Shown here: positions 9,968 to 19,195 of the stretch, one piece after another
Layout of the letters: each line of letters opens with the position of its first letter
Numbering within the stretch: the first letter of the stretch is position 1
NCBI GenBank assembly: GCA_903940225.1
Contig: CAJAKC010000032.1
Coordinates: 26,171-90,170 of the forward strand
Length of the DNA: 64,000 nt
Reading direction: 5' to 3'
DNA from: an uncultured Microbacteriaceae bacterium
Lineage (GTDB): Bacteria > Actinomycetota > Actinomycetes > Actinomycetales > Microbacteriaceae
Made by a program: the position numbers and the translations under genes
Notes under the pieces: model-generated
The model's database searches: none
What the model was told of the DNA's origin: nothing
The model's input: the letters and a program-made list of their open reading frames with translations, nothing else

Positions 9968-11161
9968 TTAGAGAATTTCGTCCTCGCGCGGACCGTCCGG
10001 GTTGTCGGATTTTTCCTCCGCATCCTCCGAGAAAAATGCCTCCACGAGTGTCGCATCGACAATCACGGAATCAGCCTCTGCCGGTACCACCTCGATCACG
10101 GGGATAACGGCCTCAACGGAGGGGCTCTCGACGAACGAATGCGCGGTGGCCACACGGGTCGGAGCATCATCAACGAACGCGTCGGTGGGGGAACCAGCAG
10201 GGGGTGCCGGCACATCGACCAGAAGGTTCACGGGCTTGACCGGCATGGCCCCGAGAACGGTGGCGGGGTTGTCGGCGACCGAGACGAGGAGGTTGTTGAG
10301 CATCGATACGGCATCGGCGATCGCTTTTTCATCGCCGGTGTCCACGCAGTGCACCAGCCACCGGGCGATGCTCAATTCGGACAGGAACCGAGCACGATGC
10401 CCGACGCGGCCATCGTTGTTCGAACGGTGGGCGATGTAGTCGCCGACAAAGCCGGCCGAAACGTCGGGCGCAAGCGGCCCGACGACGGTCGCCAGGTCAA
10501 CCGCGGGGTCCCCGACGCAGGCATCGGCCCAGTTGATGATGCTGACGACACTTTCGCCATCGGTCAGAATCGAGTCAAATTCGAGGTTTCCGTGTGTGAT
10601 TGTTGGGACAAACTGCCAGAGCTCTTTGTCCTCGATTGCTGCGTCCCAACGGTCGAGCAGTGCACTCGGGACCTGCGCTGTTTGGTGAGCTCGGTCGATC
10701 GCTCCGGCGGCCTCGCGCACTCCATCCAGCGCGGTCTTGGTCGGAACAGCATCGCGCTTGACAATCGTCGTCGGCAAGGAGTGCAGAGACGAGAGTGCCA
10801 GTGCCAACGATGGGAGCAGAGGGCGAACGTCGCGAAGCTGAGAGAGCGGCTGGCCTTGCGCTTCTTCGGTGACAACGATTCGGCGCTTGTTGAGCACTCC
10901 CGCTCCGAGGGTGTGCGGCACGTCAAAACCAAGGCGTTCCCGAACCCCGGCACTGAGGAACTGCCCCACGCGGTGTTCTCTGTCTTGAGTTTGCGCTGTT
11001 TCAGCGTTGAGTGGCGATGTGATGGAAACGACGGCGCCCTCGGATGTGCGGCACGTCACTCGATCGAGGTCTGCGGTCGACGTATCGCGGTACCCCTCGA
11101 TCTGCAGACCTGGGATTTCGGCAACGGCCCACGCCGTTAGCATGATGGGAGACATCGCCAT
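9968..11161 (-). CDS. aminoglycoside-phosphotransferase-fold kinase with acidic low-complexity C-terminal tail
   Basis: HGNLEFDSIL catalytic loop and INWADACVGDPAVDLA. The ORF track's 502-aa version overlaps the divergent helicase start, so I use the internal ATG at 11161 (MAMSPIML). Confidence 0.65.
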   Translation of the reverse strand: MAMSPIMLTAWAVAEIPGLQIEGYRDTSTADLDRVTCRTSEGAVVSITSPLNAETAQTQDREHRVGQFLSAGVRERLGFDVPHTLGAGVLNKRRIVVTEEAQGQPLSQLRDVRPLLPSLALALSSLHSLPTTIVKRDAVPTKTALDGVREAAGAIDRAHQTAQVPSALLDRWDAAIEDKELWQFVPTITHGNLEFDSILTDGESVVSIINWADACVGDPAVDLATVVGPLAPDVSAGFVGDYIAHRSNNDGRVGHRARFLSELSIARWLVHCVDTGDEKAIADAVSMLNNLLVSVADNPATVLGAMPVKPVNLLVDVPAPPAGSPTDAFVDDAPTRVATAHSFVESPSVEAVIPVIEVVPAEADSVIVDATLVEAFFSEDAEEKSDNPDGPREDEIL

Positions 11162-11218
11162 ACCGTTACTGTATGGCGAAGCGCCGCGGGGTCGGCGTTG
11201 CCACGCGAGAGGAGGGCT

Positions 11219-12919
11219 ATGAGCGCGCTCATCGATGCCCTCGACGAAAATCAACAGCGCGTCGCGCTTTCCCTCATCGGGCCGATGCGCGTTCTCGCAG
11301 GCGCCGGGTCGGGAAAGACGCGCGCGATCACTCACCGCATCGCTTTTGGCGTTGAAACCGGTGTTTACGCTCCCGAAAAAGTGCTCGCACTGTCCTTCAC
11401 GACGAAAGCCGCGGGCGAGATGCGCGCCCGCCTTGCCGCCCTGAACGTTGAGTCCGTCGCGTGCCGCACCTTCCACTCCGCGGCGATGCGACAGCTAATG
11501 TACTTTTGGCCCGACGTTATCGGTGGCGATTTTCCCAAGGTGCGATCGGGGAAGGCGGCGCTGCTGACTCAAGCGGCCGAACAATTGAAACTGTCGTCGG
11601 CGACGGATGTGTTGAGGTCAATCGCGGCCGAAATTGAGTGGCGCAAAGTTCGATTGTTGACGCCCGATCAATACGCCACCGCACTGGAAAACCGACCGCT
11701 ACCGTCGTCTCTCAACCACGACAAGGCGATGGCACTCATCGAACGCTACGAAAAGCTCAAGGACGAACGCCGCGAACTCGACTTCGAGGACGTCCTCATC
11801 ACGACCCTGGGTCTACTGGAATCGGAGGCGTGGGTTCGCGAACGGGTGCATGAAGAGTTTCGGTTCTTTGTTGTTGACGAATTCCAGGACGTTTCGCCGG
11901 TGCAACGAGCACTGCTTGACGCGTGGCGCGGAAATCGGTCGGACGTTTGCGTCGTGGGGGATCCCAACCAGACGATCTATTCATTTGCCGGCGCAACGAG
12001 CGAACACCTTTTGCGTTTTGGCGAGGAATTCCCCAACGCCATCACGGTGACCCTCGACCGCAACTATCGTTCAACGCCCGAGATTGTGCGCGTTGCGAAC
12101 GCGATTGTCCCGGACTCGCCCCTCAAACTCGTCTCGACCGTCGCCAGCGGTCCGGAACCTCAACTGCGATCCGCGCCGACCGATGTGGACGAAGTGCGTT
12201 CGATTGCGGCGGCGATTCTGGCCGACATTGCGTCGGGTACTCGGCCAGAGAACATTGCCATTCTGTATCGCATTAATTCTCAGTCCATCGGACTGGAATC
12301 GGCACTGGGTGCGGCGGGCGTTCCGTTCCGTGTCCGGGGTTCCCGGTTTTTCGAAGAACAAGCCGTTCGAGAGACGATGTTAATTTTGCGCGGTACGTCT
12401 GCGTCGAACCCGACGATGTCCGCGCGCGATGCGCTGGTCATGATTCTTCGCGAGCACTTCAACTGGATGAGCAAACCGCCGGTCAACCCCATCGAACGAC
12501 ACTCATGGAATGTTCTCGCCGCGGTTCAGTCGCTCGCCGAAGCGCTCCCCGACACTGCGACCGCCGCTGATCTTCTCGCTGACCTGACCCACCGGGCCGA
12601 GGCGGACGTCGAACCGACCGTGAATGCTGTGACGCTGTCCACGATTCACGCCGCCAAAGGTCTTGAATGGGACACCGTCTACATCTCCGGCGTCAGCGAA
12701 GGACTGCTCCCGCTGTCATTCGCGACCGACGACGCGGCGATTGCCGAGGAACGTCGCTTGCTGTACGTCGCCATTACTCGTGCTCGTCGTAACCTGACTC
12801 TGTCGTGGGCTGATCGCGGGGCGAATCAGTCGAGCGTTCGTGCACGGAGCCGATTCATTCCGGCAACTCTGGCAGCGACTGACACCCGCATCGCGGGTGA
12901 ATCGCGTGCGGGTGGATGA
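11219..12919 (+). CDS. UvrD/PcrA-family superfamily-1 DNA helicase (short form)
   Basis: AGAGSGKT, DEFQDVSP, GDPNQTIYSFAGA, TIHAAKGLEW, YVAITRARRNL. Start set at ATG 11219 (MSALIDALDENQ). Confidence 0.85.
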   Translation: MSALIDALDENQQRVALSLIGPMRVLAGAGSGKTRAITHRIAFGVETGVYAPEKVLALSFTTKAAGEMRARLAALNVESVACRTFHSAAMRQLMYFWPDVIGGDFPKVRSGKAALLTQAAEQLKLSSATDVLRSIAAEIEWRKVRLLTPDQYATALENRPLPSSLNHDKAMALIERYEKLKDERRELDFEDVLITTLGLLESEAWVRERVHEEFRFFVVDEFQDVSPVQRALLDAWRGNRSDVCVVGDPNQTIYSFAGATSEHLLRFGEEFPNAITVTLDRNYRSTPEIVRVANAIVPDSPLKLVSTVASGPEPQLRSAPTDVDEVRSIAAAILADIASGTRPENIAILYRINSQSIGLESALGAAGVPFRVRGSRFFEEQAVRETMLILRGTSASNPTMSARDALVMILREHFNWMSKPPVNPIERHSWNVLAAVQSLAEALPDTATAADLLADLTHRAEADVEPTVNAVTLSTIHAAKGLEWDTVYISGVSEGLLPLSFATDDAAIAEERRLLYVAITRARRNLTLSWADRGANQSSVRARSRFIPATLAATDTRIAGESRAGG

Positions 12920-13634
12920 CCCGGCCGAACGTCTCACCGTCGATTCGGGTCGAATAACCACTGCCCGCGGCCAAGACCGACAGCACCTCTGACGCGGCGT
13001 GCGCAACGAGCGCGTGCGAAGGATGTGCGACTCGCGACCACACTTGCGGTGCGATGGCACTCCACGCGGGATCGGCGTCAATCCGCTCCAACTCTCCGCA
13101 GGTGACACACGCCGATTGCCCAGGACGAACCAACGGGCCGACAATCGCGGACGATTCGGTAAAGATGACCGTCAGGTGATCGATATCTCCGCCCAGCCAC
13201 GGTTGAACCTCCATCGGAGACACAACGAAGTCGCTCACCAGGACGACGGTGTCCACGGTGATCGGATCGAGGTCCGTCGAGTGCCGTGCGAGTGTCGTCG
13301 CAGAAAATGCAGGAGCGCACAGTTCCGCAATTGCGCGAGCGGAATCAGAACGACCGATGACGGCAACGCGGGGGAGAGGAACAACCACCCGCGGCCCGAC
13401 AATCGGGGCAACCTGCTCGCGCAGTTCGGCACTGCGGTTAGCGCCCAAAAGCGCGGTGAGCCGCTGTGTCGATGTTCCCTTCACCAGGTCACTGAGCGCC
13501 CGTGCGGTGAGGTCATCGATATCGTCGAAACGGACTCGAACCGGGTCAATTCCCGCTTGCACGGAATTGTGGCTGCGCCAGACGAGCGGAATCGTGGGAT
13601 TGATCTGGACGAACACTTGCCGAGAATGGCACAA
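12855..13634 (-). CDS. E1/ThiF-like (TOMM docking/leader-peptide-binding-like) protein with degenerate nucleotide loop
   Basis: 259 aa. N-terminal PLVWRSHNSVQAGIDP...RVRFDD pattern typical of RRE-like domains. VAVIGRSDSA replaces GxGxxG. PGQSACVTCGELERIDADPAWS plus terminal HPRCGC gives four Cys. Function uncertain. Confidence 0.45.
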   Translation of the reverse strand: MCHSRQVFVQINPTIPLVWRSHNSVQAGIDPVRVRFDDIDDLTARALSDLVKGTSTQRLTALLGANRSAELREQVAPIVGPRVVVPLPRVAVIGRSDSARAIAELCAPAFSATTLARHSTDLDPITVDTVVLVSDFVVSPMEVQPWLGGDIDHLTVIFTESSAIVGPLVRPGQSACVTCGELERIDADPAWSAIAPQVWSRVAHPSHALVAHAASEVLSVLAAGSGYSTRIDGETFGRVIHPHAIHPRCGCQSLPELPE

Positions 13635-13648
13635 CGCCAGGGTTGGTG

Positions 13649-14980
13649 TTAGTTTTCGTCCACAGTTCCGTCGTTGTCCAGCAATTCCTGCAACGCGACA
13701 TCCATCGCGTCTGGCGCTGCGGCGCCACCCGTGAGCCGAGCGACGAGCGCGAGCGGATTGTCAATGTCATCCCCGGTCGGGACGGCGTCGGGGTGATCCC
13801 ACAGGGCGTCGCGCGCATCGGCACCAACGGCATCGTTGACGAGCCGCCACATCTCCGCCGCCTCACGGAGTCGGCGCGGTCGTGCTTCGATTCCGACAAG
13901 TCCCGCGAGAGCTTTTTCGCCCGGTCGACCCACGGCGCGTTGCCGGCGAACCATTTCGGCGATGGCATCGCGGCTGGGCAAGCGGTGCGCGGCGGCCGAG
14001 GTGACGACATCAACCCACCCCTCCACGACGGCGAGGATTGTTTCGATTCGCGCGAGTGCAACAAGTTGGTCATCGGTCTTTGGTGGGATTAGTGCGCCAT
14101 TGCTCACCATTCGCCGAAGCGATTCCGGATCGCTCATGTCGACGTTCTCCATCGCATCACGCAACGCTTCCGAATTGATGGCAATCCCGTTCGCGTATTC
14201 GGTGATGCTGGCGATGAGGCCGGTCGTGACCCACTTGGCGTGCTTGAACAGTCGCGCGTGCGCGATTTCGCGAATGGCGAGGTACAAAGCGACGTCATGT
14301 AGGGGGATGTCGAGCCCCTCCGCGAACGCTGCAACGTTTTGCGGGATTAGGACCGCCCGAAGTTCCTGGTCGTTACCGCCGTCGAGCAGCGGGATGCCAA
14401 GGTCGCCACCCGCCGAGACTTCCTCTGACAACTGGCCAACAATCTGCCCGAGTTGCATGGAAAACAAGGTGCCCCCCAATCGCCCCAGCGCCGCGAACGC
14501 TCCTTGGCGCTCGGCGTCGACGTCGTCGGGCAGTTGTTCGGCGAGCAGCTTCTCGGCGGCGCCCGAAATGGACTTCGCTACGGGTTCCGCAATTTGAATC
14601 CACACGGGGATCGTCGCGCGCGCCCATTCGGGTCGGGTCATTAGTGTCGGGGTCGCCGTTAGGGGCGAAATGCCGGTTGCTTCATCGAGCCACAGCGCGG
14701 CGAGTTGGAGGGCGGAATCGGCCGTCGCACGGACATCCGCGCTGACCGTAATCGCCTTCGAATTTGCCACCCGAGTCGCCGCGTCACGAACCAGTTGTTC
14801 GGTGATGCCGTCCGTACCGTGCTGAAGAGCCTGTTGAAGTTGCGAGAGCATCGCCTGGATTGCCGCGGGGTCTCCGGGGAGGCCGGCGGCCTTCGCAAAT
14901 TGCGCGACATCGAACTGCTCGCCGTTCTCGAGGAAGCGACGGAGCATCTCCCGAAAGTCGTCGGAATCGTCGTCGGTCAT
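13649..14980 (-). CDS. zincin-like (DUF2342 / zinc-dependent metalloprotease family) protein
   Basis: 443 aa, acidic N-terminus; position upstream of the E1-like gene and divergent from the PDZ/Lon-like gene matches remembered actinobacterial synteny. The expected HExxH position reads REIAH. Confidence 0.6.
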   Translation of the reverse strand: MTDDDSDDFREMLRRFLENGEQFDVAQFAKAAGLPGDPAAIQAMLSQLQQALQHGTDGITEQLVRDAATRVANSKAITVSADVRATADSALQLAALWLDEATGISPLTATPTLMTRPEWARATIPVWIQIAEPVAKSISGAAEKLLAEQLPDDVDAERQGAFAALGRLGGTLFSMQLGQIVGQLSEEVSAGGDLGIPLLDGGNDQELRAVLIPQNVAAFAEGLDIPLHDVALYLAIREIAHARLFKHAKWVTTGLIASITEYANGIAINSEALRDAMENVDMSDPESLRRMVSNGALIPPKTDDQLVALARIETILAVVEGWVDVVTSAAAHRLPSRDAIAEMVRRQRAVGRPGEKALAGLVGIEARPRRLREAAEMWRLVNDAVGADARDALWDHPDAVPTGDDIDNPLALVARLTGGAAAPDAMDVALQELLDNDGTVDEN

Positions 14981-15013
14981 GAGTCCACCGTAGTCTCACC
15001 TAGGCTGGATAAC

Positions 15014-16126
15014 GTGACGATTGAGCAGCCCGCAACCCCAGAACGACCCCGCGTATCGGGTCGCCGCAGGGTGGGTTTTGCTTTTCTCGCGACCTCCCTT
15101 CTTGGTGCTGCCGCGCTGTCGCTGGTTCCCGCACCCTTCGTTGTCGAAATGCCGGGTCCGGTTTACGACACTCTCGCGACCGCCACTGATGGCGATGGCA
15201 ACGACGTGCCGCTCATCTCGATCGACGGTGCGGAAACCTTTCCGACGGCGGGCACACTGTCGCTGTTGACGGTCTATGTTGGTGGCTCACCGGATGACCA
15301 CCCAACGTGGCTTGAGATCATCTCCGCGTGGTTCCGTCCCGATTACGCCGTTCTTCCCATGGAGTTGTTCTACGAACCCGGCACCACTCATGAGGAAGAG
15401 GTTGACGCCGCTGCGATACAGATGACCAATTCGCAGCAGGAGGCGGTCGCCGCCGCTTTGACGAATCTCGGAATTGAATTCACATCGCAAATTGTCGTTG
15501 CGGACACGATGGAGGGGTATCCCGCGGCTGGCAAAGTTTTGCCGGGGGACATCGTCCTCACTGCGAATGCAACGCCCGTTGCGAATGTCTCGGATCTTCG
15601 TGCGATCATCAAACAGATTGGTGTTGGCGGTTCGGTGGAGCTGGGAATCGTTCGCGATGACACCGAGCAGAGGGTCACCATTGGCATAGTTGCCAGTGAG
15701 GACGATAACTCCACGCCCGTCGTCGGGATTTATACAAGCGGCAAGTATGTTTTCCCATTCGATGTGGCGATCCAACTTTCGAATGTTGGTGGCTCGTCCG
15801 CCGGGATGATGTTCGCGCTGGGAATCATTGATCAGCTCACACCCGGTCAATTGAATGGTGGAGAAAATGTTGCGGGCACCGGCGAGATCACGGCTGGCGG
15901 CGAAGTTGGTCAAATTGGCGGGATAGTCCAAAAGGCGTATGCCGCTCGCGACTCGGGGGCCGAATGGTTGCTCGTGCCGAAGGGCAATTGTGGTGACCTT
16001 TACGGGCACGTGCCTGACGGCATTCGAGAGATTCCGGTCGACACCCTCGATGGTGCAATCGCCGCTCTGAAGGTCATCGCTTCGGGCACTGGTACCGACA
16101 AGCTCCCACACTGTCCCGCTCCATAA
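15014..16126 (+). CDS. PDZ domain-containing Lon-like (S16, YlbL/SepM-type) serine protease, N-terminal membrane anchor
   Basis: In-frame GTG 15014 chosen because the longer ORF-track start overlaps the divergent gene. TM segment FAFLATSLLGAAALSLV, PDZ-like middle, GGSSAGMMFALGIID (Ser) and VQKAYAA (Lys). Confidence 0.75.
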   Translation: MTIEQPATPERPRVSGRRRVGFAFLATSLLGAAALSLVPAPFVVEMPGPVYDTLATATDGDGNDVPLISIDGAETFPTAGTLSLLTVYVGGSPDDHPTWLEIISAWFRPDYAVLPMELFYEPGTTHEEEVDAAAIQMTNSQQEAVAAALTNLGIEFTSQIVVADTMEGYPAAGKVLPGDIVLTANATPVANVSDLRAIIKQIGVGGSVELGIVRDDTEQRVTIGIVASEDDNSTPVVGIYTSGKYVFPFDVAIQLSNVGGSSAGMMFALGIIDQLTPGQLNGGENVAGTGEITAGGEVGQIGGIVQKAYAARDSGAEWLLVPKGNCGDLYGHVPDGIREIPVDTLDGAIAALKVIASGTGTDKLPHCPAP

Positions 16127-16171
16127 GACCAAGAATCCGCGGGTAGACTCTCCGAAAAGGAGTCACGTCTT

Positions 16172-19000
16172 ATGAGCACATCCGCCGCAGCGCGTCGTCG
16201 TTCCCCGCTAGTCGTTACCGCCAGCATCCTCGCGGTGCTTGTTGCGGTTTTCTTCCAGCTCTCGGCAATCTTTGTCGACGTACTGTGGTTCCAGCAGACC
16301 GGTTTCGAATCCGTCCTCTTTACCCAGTGGATTGCGATGGCTACCGTCGGGGCATTGGGGTTCATTGTGCCGGCGGGCACAGCGTGGCTGACCCTCTGGG
16401 CGTCCTACAAGTTCCGCCCGCTGACCGCCCGCTTGTCTCAAAGCGCCGAACGGTATCGTGCGGCGATCGACCCGGTTCGACGACTTATTCTGTGGGGCGG
16501 GCCGCTGTTGCTCGGCGCATTCACCGCGGCAACGGCTGCGGCGCGCTGGCCCGTTGTACTTCAATTTCTCAACAAGACACCCTTCGGGCAGACGGACCCG
16601 CAGTTCAACCTCGATCTATCGTTCTTTGTCTATGACGTGCCTTTCTGGCTTTTCGCCGTTGGCATCATCGAGAGCGCACTGGTTATCGCTTTTGTCATCA
16701 CCCTGCTGATGGGATTCCTTTACGGTGGGGTCCAGATCACCGGCCGACAGGTTGTGGTCTCGCGCGCGCTGCGGGTGCAAGCATCAATCATCGCGGTCGC
16801 CTACCTTGCCGTTCTTGCCGTCCAGTTGTGGTTCAAGCAGTTCGAGACACTCGTGACGCCGTCGCAGGGATTCATCGCGACGGGCGCCGGATACACCGAG
16901 GTGAACGTTGACATTCCCGGCTACCAGATTCTCGCCGGTATCGCCGCGGTCGTCATCGTCTTCTTCCTGATCACTGCGGTGACCGGCCGCTGGCGCCTCC
17001 CGCTCGTCGGAACCGCGATGCTGATTGTGTCCATGCTGGTTTTGGGAGGGGTGTCATGGGTCATCCAACGATTCCAGGTGGACCCGAGCGCACGAACACT
17101 CGAAACGGAATACATCCAGCGCAACATTGACGGAACGCGAGTCGGTTTCGGGTTGTCGGACATCAACGAGCTCGAATACACGGCAGCGACGACGGCCGAG
17201 CCGGGGGCACTTCGGGCAGACGCCGAAACAACCGCGCACATCCGCATCATTGACCCTGGACTGGTTCCCGATGCGTTTGCGCAGCTCGAGCAGTTCCGCC
17301 AGTACTACACCTTCCCCGAGCACCTTGACGTCGACCGATACACGATCGACGGGAACATGCAGGACACGGTCATCGCGGTGCGTGAACTCAACGCCGCCGG
17401 ATTGACCAGCTCGACCTGGTACAACGACCACATCGTCTACACCCACGGTTACGGAATCGTCGCGGCATACGGCAACAAGCGCAACGCAGACGGCCAGCCG
17501 ACGTTCCTCGAGTCGGGAATCCCCGTGTCGGGAAACCTCGGCAAGTACGAACCGCGCGTGTACTTCGGCGAAAATTCGACCGACTATTCCATTGTTGGCG
17601 CGAGCAGTCCTACGGGACCGCTCGAGCTGGATTACCCCTCCGCAAATTCGACGACTGATTCGGGAAATGCCAAATACACATTCGAAGGTGATGGTGGGCC
17701 GCAACTTGACAATCTGTTGACTCGACTCATTTACGCGATGCACTTCCAGTCGGAGCAGATCCTCCTCTCGGACGCCATCACCGACGAGTCACAGATTCTG
17801 TATGACCGACACCCGCTGGTTCGAGTCAACAAGGTGGCGCCGTACCTGACGCTTGATAACGATCCGTACCCCGCGGTCGTCGACGGCCGCGTGGTCTGGA
17901 TTGTCGACGGATACACGACGACCAACGATTTCCCCTACTCGACTTCTGTCGACATGGACCAAGCGATCAGGGACACATACACGACGGCGCCCCTCGTCGC
18001 GTCGGGAAACATCAACTACATTCGTAACTCGGTCAAGGCGACGGTCGATGCTTATGACGGAACCGTGACCCTCTACGCGTGGGACGCGACGGACCCGATT
18101 TTGACGACGTGGCAAAAGATTTTCCCGTCGACGCTCAAGTCGGCGTCCGAAATGTCCGCGGGTCTCCTGTCGCACGTTCGGTACCCCTCGGACCTCTTCA
18201 AGGTTCAGCGCGAGGTTCTCGGCAGCTATCACGTCACGGACCCGGGCACGTTCTATTCGACGGAAGACACCTGGGTCACCCCCAACGACCCCGTGTCTGA
18301 CCCCGCTGCCCCGACACTGCAGCCTCCGTATTACTTGACGATGCAGATGCCCGGTGCGGACTCACCGTCGTTCTCGCTGTACTCGACGTTCATCCCGAAG
18401 TCGACCGGTAAGGACGCACGAAACGTTCTCTACGGGTACCTCTCGGCGAACTCGGACTTTGGCCCTGAATACGGCAAACTCACCTTGCTGACGCTGCCGA
18501 AACAGACGACTGTTCCTGGACCAGGGCAGGTGCAAGCCCAGTTCGACTCGGATGCGACGGTTAGCCAACAGCTGAACCTGTTGCGTCAGGGAAAAACTGA
18601 GGTTATTCCCGGAAACCTGCTGACCCTGCCGGTCGGGGGCGGGTTGCTCTATGTTCAGCCCGTTTACGTTCGTTCGACGGGTGAGACCTCGTACCCGCTC
18701 TTGCGGAAAATCCTTGTCGCATTCGGCGATTCCATCGCGTTCGAGGATTCACTCGACGCGGCGCTCGATTCGTTGTTCGGCGGAAACTCGGGAGTCGTCA
18801 CTCCGGTGGATCCTACCGACCCGGATAGCCCGTCAACGGGCGGAGAGGTTTCGGCGGAGTTGGCGAGGGCATTGGCGGACGCAAAGAAAGCGTTGACCGA
18901 TCGCCAAGCTGCATATGCCAAGAACGACCTCGTCGCCGCCGCGGCAGCTGACGTCCGACTTCAAAAGGCGTTGCAAGCAGCGTACGAACTTTCGCGCTAG
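16172..19000 (+). CDS. UPF0182 family large membrane protein
   Basis: 942 aa. Multiple N-terminal TM helices, the LWFQQTGFESVLFTQ signature and a large extracytoplasmic domain. Confidence 0.8.
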   Translation: MSTSAAARRRSPLVVTASILAVLVAVFFQLSAIFVDVLWFQQTGFESVLFTQWIAMATVGALGFIVPAGTAWLTLWASYKFRPLTARLSQSAERYRAAIDPVRRLILWGGPLLLGAFTAATAAARWPVVLQFLNKTPFGQTDPQFNLDLSFFVYDVPFWLFAVGIIESALVIAFVITLLMGFLYGGVQITGRQVVVSRALRVQASIIAVAYLAVLAVQLWFKQFETLVTPSQGFIATGAGYTEVNVDIPGYQILAGIAAVVIVFFLITAVTGRWRLPLVGTAMLIVSMLVLGGVSWVIQRFQVDPSARTLETEYIQRNIDGTRVGFGLSDINELEYTAATTAEPGALRADAETTAHIRIIDPGLVPDAFAQLEQFRQYYTFPEHLDVDRYTIDGNMQDTVIAVRELNAAGLTSSTWYNDHIVYTHGYGIVAAYGNKRNADGQPTFLESGIPVSGNLGKYEPRVYFGENSTDYSIVGASSPTGPLELDYPSANSTTDSGNAKYTFEGDGGPQLDNLLTRLIYAMHFQSEQILLSDAITDESQILYDRHPLVRVNKVAPYLTLDNDPYPAVVDGRVVWIVDGYTTTNDFPYSTSVDMDQAIRDTYTTAPLVASGNINYIRNSVKATVDAYDGTVTLYAWDATDPILTTWQKIFPSTLKSASEMSAGLLSHVRYPSDLFKVQREVLGSYHVTDPGTFYSTEDTWVTPNDPVSDPAAPTLQPPYYLTMQMPGADSPSFSLYSTFIPKSTGKDARNVLYGYLSANSDFGPEYGKLTLLTLPKQTTVPGPGQVQAQFDSDATVSQQLNLLRQGKTEVIPGNLLTLPVGGGLLYVQPVYVRSTGETSYPLLRKILVAFGDSIAFEDSLDAALDSLFGGNSGVVTPVDPTDPDSPSTGGEVSAELARALADAKKALTDRQAAYAKNDLVAAAAADVRLQKALQAAYELSR

Positions 19001-19047
19001 CCCCGATTTCGTCAAGCTACACACCGCGTGTAAACTAGGGATTGTAA

Positions 19048-19124
19048 CGCGGGGTGGAGCAGTTCGGTAGCTCGCCGGGCTCATAACCCGGAGGTCGTAG
19101 GTTCAAATCCTGCCCCCGCAACCA
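19048..19124 (+). tRNA. initiator tRNA-Met (anticodon CAT)
   Basis: Folded by hand: 5' CGCGGGG / 3' CCCCGCA with a C1:A72 mismatch, three G:C pairs closing the anticodon stem (GGG..CCC), loop CTCATAA, encoded CCA. Nearly identical to E. coli tRNA-fMet as remembered. Confidence 0.92.
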
Positions 19125-19127
19125 CAT

Positions 19128-19159
19128 GAAACGGCCTCGGATTCGTCTGAGGCCGTTTC
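19128..19159. terminator. bidirectional stem-loop between the tRNA and the convergent pyruvyl transferase gene
   Basis: GAAACGGCCTC (19128-19138) pairs with GAGGCCGTTTC (19149-19159); 10-nt loop; TC/T-rich 3' flank. Confidence 0.6.
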
Positions 19160-19195
19160 TCGTTCGGGCGATCTAGTTTTCGCTGACGAGTCTCG

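Noticed and set aside
10089-10098. A partial copy of the pilus box (CGGGGATAAC) inside the kinase gene, and a one-G-shorter look-alike (CTGGGATAAT) at 46859-46868.
   Set aside because: The copies are imperfect. The first lies inside a CDS on the non-coding strand, and neither sits at the 38-nt distance from a start codon, so they are most likely chance matches.
9968-11476. ORF-track maximal 5' extensions. Examples: 9968-11476, 14705-16126, 6563-9961, 32737-33693, 35546-36256, 46110-46868, 46835-47665, 50902-51477, 55531-56157, 56090-56503.
   Set aside because: The extended N-termini overlap neighbouring genes or a tRNA and are compositionally odd. Internal starts give canonical N-termini and typical 1-8-nt gene overlaps.
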